From a virus (lineage: Duplodnaviria; Caudoviricetes): a DNA stretch of 63,515 nucleotides. The DNA is taken from the IMG/VR virus record IMGVR_UViG_3300050343_000155, positions 1-63,515 of that record; one strand, written 5' to 3'. Below, one piece after another: positions 56,447 through 63,515 of this stretch. The notes under the pieces were generated by a model, which saw only the letters and a list, made by a program, of their open reading frames with translations, was not told the DNA's origin and made no database searches. The position numbers and the translations under genes are program-made. Position 1 is the stretch's first letter, and every line of letters begins with the position of its first letter.

Positions 56447-57480
56447 ATGAGTCTTACGAAAATAGAAGAAAGGAGCTGATAAGATCTATGGACGCTTCTT
56501 CGTCTCAGACAATGTTTGAGATGCATAAGTCTATGTGTTCTGAATGGGCGTCTGCACTGAACGACAGCATTGATGCGTTTTCAGAAATGGGGAGTGTCGG
56601 TGTATCCTCTTTTGTTCAGCTTACCTCTCAGTTGGGCGAGTTTATTGACCAGAAAGAAGCTTACTTTAAAGAGAACTATGGGTCGTTTGAATCTGCCTCT
56701 GCCGCTGACCCCACCTTCATGGGGGCTATGCTTAGATCGTTTGGAGACGCAAAGAACCCTAAGGAGTTTGACGCTCAAGGGGTTGAGGATGCTAAAGATC
56801 AAAACGACTACGCTAACGCCCTCAAAGCTGTAAATACTGGCTATAGATATGGGTCTCTTTCCGTGGAGGCTGAAGGTGTTTCTCTTGTTTGGAAAGGCTT
56901 AGAGTCTAGCATATCTGAAGCTCAAGATCCAGAAATGCCATTTGCTCCAAACCTGGTGGACTTGCCTATAATTAATGGTGCAGACTTCACAAAGCAAAAA
57001 GCTCCAACCAAAGCAATGGAAACAGCTGAAGGTGTAAAGTCATGGATGACTGGACAGTTAGATAAAAATCCAGAAGCTTTAAAGAATGCTGTAAGGAACT
57101 ACCTTTCAATACAGAAGGAGCAGGGAAAGGGGTTGACAGAAGAAGAAGTGATGGCTGATGAACAGCACATGGAGGCTGCTAAAACTCTTTATATAGACCA
57201 GGCTTCTTCTTTAGTGAAAGATGAAGAAATGCCAACTCCCGAAAGAAATGAGGAGGGAAGCTCTGTTGCCATTCAAGATGAAGAGGTTTCTGGCATGACC
57301 TTCGCTGGTGGCGGTAGGTTTGAGTTTACCATGAAGGACGGGGCGAAGATGCCTGCTCAGATATTCAGGGACATTAAAGACATGGATGGCGTGTCCAAGT
57401 CTGTATTCTCTAGGTTTGAAGCTAAGCACGGATCTGGAGCTGCAAGAAAATTAGGTTTTCTGCTCAGCAAAGAGGACTGA
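56443..57480 (+). CDS. Putative internal virion protein
   Basis: Helical ORF between the ejection-like genes. Confidence 0.55.
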   Translation: MNESYENRRKELIRSMDASSSQTMFEMHKSMCSEWASALNDSIDAFSEMGSVGVSSFVQLTSQLGEFIDQKEAYFKENYGSFESASAADPTFMGAMLRSFGDAKNPKEFDAQGVEDAKDQNDYANALKAVNTGYRYGSLSVEAEGVSLVWKGLESSISEAQDPEMPFAPNLVDLPIINGADFTKQKAPTKAMETAEGVKSWMTGQLDKNPEALKNAVRNYLSIQKEQGKGLTEEEVMADEQHMEAAKTLYIDQASSLVKDEEMPTPERNEEGSSVAIQDEEVSGMTFAGGGRFEFTMKDGAKMPAQIFRDIKDMDGVSKSVFSRFEAKHGSGAARKLGFLLSKED

Positions 57481-57515
57481 CCAAATTTGGTTATCTTTGT
57501 TGAAAATGATCACCT

Positions 57516-60500
57516 ATGAGTCAAGAGTTTGAAAGCAGGGTAAACGAATTGGTTGTAGCACGGAATCTACCTTACAACGAAGCTGCTGAAATCGTAACCA
57601 GGGAGTTAGCTAAAGAAGGGGTTGAAGAAACCCAAAAAAAAAAGGATACAAATTCCGAGCCTTCGGATGGGAGGTTCACATATATCGGTGAGGTAGAGCA
57701 ACCAGAGATAAGCCCTTTGCTGCCTACGGCTTCTAGGGAGTTTGCTATTTCCGAATACAAGTCTAAAATTGAGGACACAAACCTTCTCATTAATTCTGAG
57801 TTTGAAAAACTTCAGAAGTTAGCTTTAAAAGCAAACTCACAACAAGATAGAGAAAATCTTTACTCTCAGTTCTTAGAGGAGACAGGTGTTGATATTCCAG
57901 AAGAAAACTTCGTAAACCTTGAGTCTTCTATTGTCGAGTCTGAAGAAAGACAGACTCAGTTCGAGGCAGAATATCAGAAGGCATTTACAGAGTCCCTAGG
58001 TCAGAATAATTTCGGATCAGTAAAAAACATCCTTAAGCAATATGGATTTGAAGAAGAAAAAATTTCCGAAATAGAGAACAGCTTTAAAGCAGAGCAAGAC
58101 AAAATAGAGGTTACTCAAGGTCAGGTTTTGGAGGCGTGGAAGAGTTCTTTTACAGCTGAAGAGCTTCAACAAAACCTTGATTCTGTAAACATACCTCAGG
58201 AAGAAAAAGATCTGCTTTTTGAGGATTACAATAAATACTTGACCGAATTAGGTCAAGGAGCTTATTCCGCAATATTTAATGAGTCGTTTGATATTAGTCA
58301 AAAGATTTCAGCTCTTGAAGATTCGCGCGTAGAGGTAGAAAAATCAGATAACCTAGCCTTAGCTAAAAGAAACTACGACATTGAGCTTAATAATTTAAAA
58401 GCTCAGTTTAAAAGAGCTAAAGAAAATGAAGCAGACCTAGTAAATATATCTAAGGACATTCCAGAAGTTAAGCCTGCCTTGGCTTTTGTAAGTCTCTCAA
58501 GGTCAAGGTTCATAGAGTCTTTAGACCCTTCAGTTAAGGATAAGGTTAAAAGCGGAGAACTCGACATGTATGAAGCTTCTTGGATAACAAGCGATGAATA
58601 CAAAGAGATTAACGAGTCAATCCCTGAGGTTATAACCGATAGGTATGGCACTCCGCTACTGAATCAGGACTCCGAAAAGGAGGTTATGCTCGAAAACGCA
58701 AAAGACGAATACATATCTATAAAAAAGCAAGAACAGACCAAAAGAGAGGTAGAGGTTATTAATAAATACGTTCCTGTAGGTAATGACCCTGACGAAAAGA
58801 AAGCTCTTGAAAACGCTATTCTTCGAATCTCTGGAAGTGCTTACGATCTAGAAAACATAGACGGCAAAGTCGGATACGAAACACCTTGGCTGACAGACGC
58901 TATACTTAAGGGCGGTGCAGCTTTGGTGGACTTCGTTCCTACGCTCTTTAGGACTGGTCAACAGGCTCAGTATGGAGTTTCTCAATACACTAGAGATTTG
59001 CTTGGTGATTCTGAAGAACGATCTATACTTCTTGAGAGAGAGAGGGAGTTAAAAACAGAAGCTGGAAAAACGTTTCTTAATGTTAACGCACTAGATTCTG
59101 CAAGACAATCAACCACTAACTATGAGGCTGGAATCATGGACTCTTTCAGAAAGGGAAACTATGAGGCTGGTATTGCTCAGGCTGTCGGGATGGCGGCTGA
59201 ATCCCTCCCTATTACTCTTGCCACTATGTTGGTCTCTGGTGGCTTAGGAACCGTTGCTGGATATGGATTTGCCAGTGCTATATCTGCTGGGCTTGAGTAT
59301 GAAGAGGTTTTTCAGGAAGAATGGTTTAAGGATCTTAGCCCGCTTGAAAGATCAGCGTACATCGGGGGTGTTGGTGCGGCTGAAGGTCTTTCAGAATCAA
59401 TTGGGGCTGGGGTTGCATCTAGGTTTCTTAAGGGAGGGTCTAGTAGAGCAATAGGACAGATTAGAAGCAACTATCTAAGAAGCAGAACAAAAAGCGTTGC
59501 AAGCGAATACCTTACAGATGCTGGCTCTGAAGTAGGTGTGACTTACGCTCAGGCTGGGTTAGAGCTAGCTTTTAACGACAACGTGGATCTATCCAACCTC
59601 ACGGATGAGGCTTTTGAGTCTGGTATTGTATCATTAATCACAACTGGAGGCATGCAGACGGCAGGAACCGTCAACACTGTTATGTCGGCCTCTACCGATC
59701 CAGATGTATTGTTCTCTGGAAAGGACTTGCAGAACAGAGTAAACGATATCTTAAACACCACGACACCTGGATCTAAAACAAGGGCTCAGCAAATTGACTT
59801 GATGTTAGAAGACGCTTCCGTGGCGGCTCAAATCAAGGCTGACGCTTTTGAACTTCATGATTTTATCAGGCGAGTAAGCCCAACTGCTGCTGAGGCTATC
59901 TCGGATAATTCGTTTCTGATTGCCTCGGAGTTAAGGGTCATTGAGACATCTACTAGCAAAGATGAGATCAAGGGAGCTCGTCAGACGATTGAAGAGCTCA
60001 TTAACGAGAACAAGTCCCTTGAGATGGCTATGGTTAAGGGTTTCTATTCTCAGCCCAGCATGATGAGTAAAGAGTCAATGGATGGGCTAAAGAAAAGAGC
60101 GGCTAACTTTGCTAGACAAGCTGCAAGGCTTAAGAAAAGAGGCAATGAATCTGCTGCCTCTTCATTGAAATCTAAGGCGGAAAGAATTAAGGGAGCTGTT
60201 ATTTCGCTTGAGATTCAGAAGGAATTAAGCGAAGGTGTTAAAAGCGGAACTATTGTTTCTAGTAAAGGAAGGGATGTAAACGTTATTTCCGATAAGATTA
60301 CTGAAGCTGGAATTAACAGCGTCGTTGTTGATGCTAAAATAGCTTCTTCTCTTGAAGGTAAAGGATACAAAAAGGTTGAGTACAGCGGAAGCGGAACAAA
60401 TCAATTTTTAATGGTCTCTTCTGCCAATCCTGTTGCGTTGGCAAACCCTCAATCTACTTCTTTTGAAGAAGCTCAATCAGAAATAGCGTTAAACAGAATA

Positions 60501-63500
60501 GTTGACTCAGGATCCATCAACGAAGAGTTTAGACCTCAGTTGATTTCTGAGCTTGCCAGAATGACTCAAAGAGAAGCAAACGAAACAGACTTGTTTAAAA
60601 AGGCTTCAGAGTTGCTTAGCGATTCAGAAAAAGCCAAGGTTACGGAAATATCAGAAAGAAGATTAGAAGATATTGAAGACCTAACTAAAAACCCAGAAGC
60701 CGTACTAACCGAAAGTGCTAGTCAATCTCTTGATGTTTTGTCTAAGGCTTTTTCTCAAACTAACTCTATTGTGCTTTCAGATCTCGCCTTGACAAGAAGG
60801 CTGCTTCAGGATAAGTCGTTAACAGAAGGCCGAAAGAAAAAAATTAAAGAGGACTATCTTTCTGGCTTACAAGGTGTTAATGCTTTTTATGACAAAAAAT
60901 CTGGAGAAGTATTCTTAACTGAAAGGGCTACATCAAAAGACGTCGTTGAGGAGTACGCTCACTCGTATATCCACAAAAAACTACAAGGCGTAGACAACGT
61001 TGGAAAGCAGTTAAGGTCTGACTTGAACGGAATAATGGAGTCGGATCAAGTTCTTATTGATGCTGTCAATGAGAAGATGAGATACTACAAGGAGGAGTTT
61101 GGAGCTAGTGATAGAACATTAGCTGAGGAAAAGTACGTAGAGATTATAGCTGCTTATGTAGCCAATGAGCAGAACCTAAAAGCTTCTACCATTAGCAGGA
61201 TGACTCAGTTTTTCGCTAAGCTCTTCCCTTCGTTTACTGAGAGTGGGGGTAGCTCTAGGGCGGTTCTAGATAAGCTTTCTAAAAGCCTGAGAGACGGAAA
61301 TAGTCAAAATATATCCAGTCAATTCGAAGAGCTGTTTGGCCTTGATCCCGTCGAGCAGTCTAAAGTAGACGGAGCCCAGCAAGTTCCCGTTTCTGATCAA
61401 ACAGCTTACAGTGCTAGTAGAAGGCCTACCTTTCTGGACAACAAGAAGGTTACATATCAAAAAGCATATGACTCCGCATACGACTCTACCTCTCGGACTT
61501 ACGGGCGTGAGTTGTCGTACACGTTTAACGACTATTTCCACTTTGCAAATTGGTACAGAAAGATGACTGGTAATGGTGCTTACACTAGGATCGGTCGAAT
61601 GACATACGTGGATGATTCGGGTAACGTAAAGACTTTAAACCCACCAAAGCAGCTGCTTGACAGAAACACTGGAGTACCAGTAGTCATGCAGCCAGCCATG
61701 AAGAGTATGTATCAAACCTCTATTGAAAGGAAGCAAGCAGAAGTCAATGAAAGGAACGAACGAAGACTTTCAGCTATTAAAGCAGAGCAGTTAGCAAAGG
61801 AACAGCTTTGGGAGGTAATGAGGCGAACTGATCCTGGAATAGGAGGCGGTAACGCAAACTCAATAATTAATTCCCTTATGTCTGACTTCACACCAGAAGG
61901 CGTGAATAGCGAGACAAAGACAAATAGATTCGGTGACCCAATAAAAGAAAATGTAAAAGGATCTCCTGAATATCATGAGGCTCTTCTCGATAGGGTAAAC
62001 GATTACGTACAAGAGAACTACGCTGGTGAGTCTATTCTGTATTCAGCTGCTTTTAGAAGGTCTCTTTCAGAAGCTTCTGACATGAAGCCTGCTCAAAAAA
62101 GAAAGCTTCTAGAAGACGGACTAAGAAGAACTAAGGACTTACTATATCCAGAAACTTTAGCTCAGATTAATTTGTATCTGGATCAAGCTGGTGAGGGTAA
62201 AATAGGTAGCGGAGTTCCAGCTCACTTAATGCAACAGATGTATTTTGCTATGTTAATTCAGGAAACTCAAATGGAGTTAATCCTGAACGGTAACGATCTG
62301 ACAAAAAACAAAGAGGATATGTCTCTGATGAGCGAGGTTGTCGCTAAAGAGCTGATGTTTGTAGATGATTTTCTAAATAAAAACCCAAGAAACTTTTATA
62401 AGAATTTCTATAAGCAGGTAAACTCCACTAAGAATAAAGACGGATCGTACAGTGATCCCTTAGCTATACAGACTGTAGGGAAGTCTCAAGACTCTGACGG
62501 TAACTTTACCGTAGATAACCCTCAGAAGCTAGAGCTGGCCAGAAAGCACAAAGACTTGCTTGTCGCTATAGTTGCTGTAACATCAAACGGGAACAGAGCT
62601 GTTCCCAATCTGTCTGAGAGTTTAAGGATTTATTCTGCTGTTCTTGAAGACCTTTTGCAAACACCTGGCAAGAACCCATCTAAAGTAAACTTCGCTAGAA
62701 CAAAGCTGTTAATAGAGTCTATGACTGCTCAAGGTCTTAAAGCTTCTCAATTTAACGGTCAAAGAAGCGCACTTCCTATAGCCGTTGGGTTAAAGAACCT
62801 CCTCAATATTGACGGAATCTCAAATGGACTTCCTCATTACAGGTTTGAAGCTCCTTCTACATTTAAGAGAAACGCATTAAAAAAGACGGGAGACAATAGA
62901 ATCAGTATTCAGGACTCTCTAGGAAATTGGTCTAAAGTAGGTGCTTTTATGAGTAATCTCTATCAAGACCAATCGGTAGTGACTCAAGACAGACATCTAG
63001 TTAACTACTTAGACTCTAGGTATCGACCTTCTGAAGTTGTAAGCTTTCAAGTAGGCGACGTTCTTTCTGTGTTAAGGGAATTTGAGTATGGAAGAATAGA
63101 TGCTGTTCAAAAAGAGTGGATGATAAGAACAGCTGATGGATCCACCGTATATGATTTAAAGAAGGTTGCTAAATGGGTTAAGGACAACATGGGCTCAAAG
63201 TCTACCAGGTCTGACGGAACGGTAGTATGCACGGGGGACAACTTAAAAAAAGAATTAAGATATTTATACGACAATCGCATGACTCAAAAGGGGTCAGCTG
63301 GAAATCTCTTTGACGGTAACATTGAGGTGGTTGATTCTATTGTTGAAAAACTTAGAAGGAAACCAGGGTATAAATCTGTAACGAGAAGCGAGGTTATGCA
63401 GATGATCTTTGCAGCTAATCATGTACTTCCTCAGGCTGTGGGTGTTGCAAACAGAATCTATGATGATTTCTCTCAAGAGACATTTGAAAAAGCAATAGAA

Positions 63501-63515
63501 AAGCTTGAGTCATCT
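57516..63515 (+). CDS. Giant polyvalent/internal virion protein, N-terminal 2,000 aa (no stop in window, so absent from the ORF track)
   Basis: ATG at 57516 after TATCTTTG; the same frame reads as protein at every point checked (57.5, 60.9, 62.5-63.0 and 63.5 kb). Confidence 0.8.
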   Translation, partial: MSQEFESRVNELVVARNLPYNEAAEIVTRELAKEGVEETQKKKDTNSEPSDGRFTYIGEVEQPEISPLLPTASREFAISEYKSKIEDTNLLINSEFEKLQKLALKANSQQDRENLYSQFLEETGVDIPEENFVNLESSIVESEERQTQFEAEYQKAFTESLGQNNFGSVKNILKQYGFEEEKISEIENSFKAEQDKIEVTQGQVLEAWKSSFTAEELQQNLDSVNIPQEEKDLLFEDYNKYLTELGQGAYSAIFNESFDISQKISALEDSRVEVEKSDNLALAKRNYDIELNNLKAQFKRAKENEADLVNISKDIPEVKPALAFVSLSRSRFIESLDPSVKDKVKSGELDMYEASWITSDEYKEINESIPEVITDRYGTPLLNQDSEKEVMLENAKDEYISIKKQEQTKREVEVINKYVPVGNDPDEKKALENAILRISGSAYDLENIDGKVGYETPWLTDAILKGGAALVDFVPTLFRTGQQAQYGVSQYTRDLLGDSEERSILLERERELKTEAGKTFLNVNALDSARQSTTNYEAGIMDSFRKGNYEAGIAQAVGMAAESLPITLATMLVSGGLGTVAGYGFASAISAGLEYEEVFQEEWFKDLSPLERSAYIGGVGAAEGLSESIGAGVASRFLKGGSSRAIGQIRSNYLRSRTKSVASEYLTDAGSEVGVTYAQAGLELAFNDNVDLSNLTDEAFESGIVSLITTGGMQTAGTVNTVMSASTDPDVLFSGKDLQNRVNDILNTTTPGSKTRAQQIDLMLEDASVAAQIKADAFELHDFIRRVSPTAAEAISDNSFLIASELRVIETSTSKDEIKGARQTIEELINENKSLEMAMVKGFYSQPSMMSKESMDGLKKRAANFARQAARLKKRGNESAASSLKSKAERIKGAVISLEIQKELSEGVKSGTIVSSKGRDVNVISDKITEAGINSVVVDAKIASSLEGKGYKKVEYSGSGTNQFLMVSSANPVALANPQSTSFEEAQSEIALNRIVDSGSINEEFRPQLISELARMTQREANETDLFKKASELLSDSEKAKVTEISERRLEDIEDLTKNPEAVLTESASQSLDVLSKAFSQTNSIVLSDLALTRRLLQDKSLTEGRKKKIKEDYLSGLQGVNAFYDKKSGEVFLTERATSKDVVEEYAHSYIHKKLQGVDNVGKQLRSDLNGIMESDQVLIDAVNEKMRYYKEEFGASDRTLAEEKYVEIIAAYVANEQNLKASTISRMTQFFAKLFPSFTESGGSSRAVLDKLSKSLRDGNSQNISSQFEELFGLDPVEQSKVDGAQQVPVSDQTAYSASRRPTFLDNKKVTYQKAYDSAYDSTSRTYGRELSYTFNDYFHFANWYRKMTGNGAYTRIGRMTYVDDSGNVKTLNPPKQLLDRNTGVPVVMQPAMKSMYQTSIERKQAEVNERNERRLSAIKAEQLAKEQLWEVMRRTDPGIGGGNANSIINSLMSDFTPEGVNSETKTNRFGDPIKENVKGSPEYHEALLDRVNDYVQENYAGESILYSAAFRRSLSEASDMKPAQKRKLLEDGLRRTKDLLYPETLAQINLYLDQAGEGKIGSGVPAHLMQQMYFAMLIQETQMELILNGNDLTKNKEDMSLMSEVVAKELMFVDDFLNKNPRNFYKNFYKQVNSTKNKDGSYSDPLAIQTVGKSQDSDGNFTVDNPQKLELARKHKDLLVAIVAVTSNGNRAVPNLSESLRIYSAVLEDLLQTPGKNPSKVNFARTKLLIESMTAQGLKASQFNGQRSALPIAVGLKNLLNIDGISNGLPHYRFEAPSTFKRNALKKTGDNRISIQDSLGNWSKVGAFMSNLYQDQSVVTQDRHLVNYLDSRYRPSEVVSFQVGDVLSVLREFEYGRIDAVQKEWMIRTADGSTVYDLKKVAKWVKDNMGSKSTRSDGTVVCTGDNLKKELRYLYDNRMTQKGSAGNLFDGNIEVVDSIVEKLRRKPGYKSVTRSEVMQMIFAANHVLPQAVGVANRIYDDFSQETFEKAIEKLESS

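Noticed and set aside
57631-57645. A10 tract as a frameshift or phase-variation site
   Set aside because: The run is in frame (CAA AAA AAA AAG) and there is no evidence of variation in a single sequence.
1-63515. Stop-codon reassignment as in some crAss-like phages
   Set aside because: Long genes are intact in the standard code, TAG and TGA both end genes at sensible boundaries, and there is no suppressor tRNA.
1-63515. Prophage/integration module
   Set aside because: No integrase, repressor pair or host flanking genes were recognised.

Overview
The window looks like an entire, probably circularly permuted, ~63.5 kb genome of a lytic podovirus with crAss-like (Crassvirales-related) gene content. 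Recurring TAnnTTTG promoters point to a Bacteroidota host, probably a marine Flavobacteriales. The minus-strand arm (21.2 kb to 4.9 kb) has small early genes followed by recombination/replication genes: DnaA-C-like HTH, SSAP, RecE-like exonuclease, SSB, primase-helicase, endonuclease I and class II RNR. No DNA polymerase is recognisable. The plus-strand arm (22.1 kb to the end, continuing at 1-4.9 kb) has an M15 peptidase, a GroES-like protein, tRNA-Arg, terminase, portal, fibre genes, capsid, ring and muzzle proteins, a giant polyvalent virion protein that joins in frame across the window ends (~3,137 aa), a holin and a frameshifted M43 protease. The most striking unexplained signals are in the early arm: (i) a complete hammerhead ribozyme, two tRNA-mimic elements (acceptor stem plus T-arm only) and a pseudoknot punctuating the early operon, and (ii) ~1.2 kb, including a whole ORF, built almost entirely of back-to-back micro-hairpins. 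All calls come from reading the sequence by eye; no searches were run.
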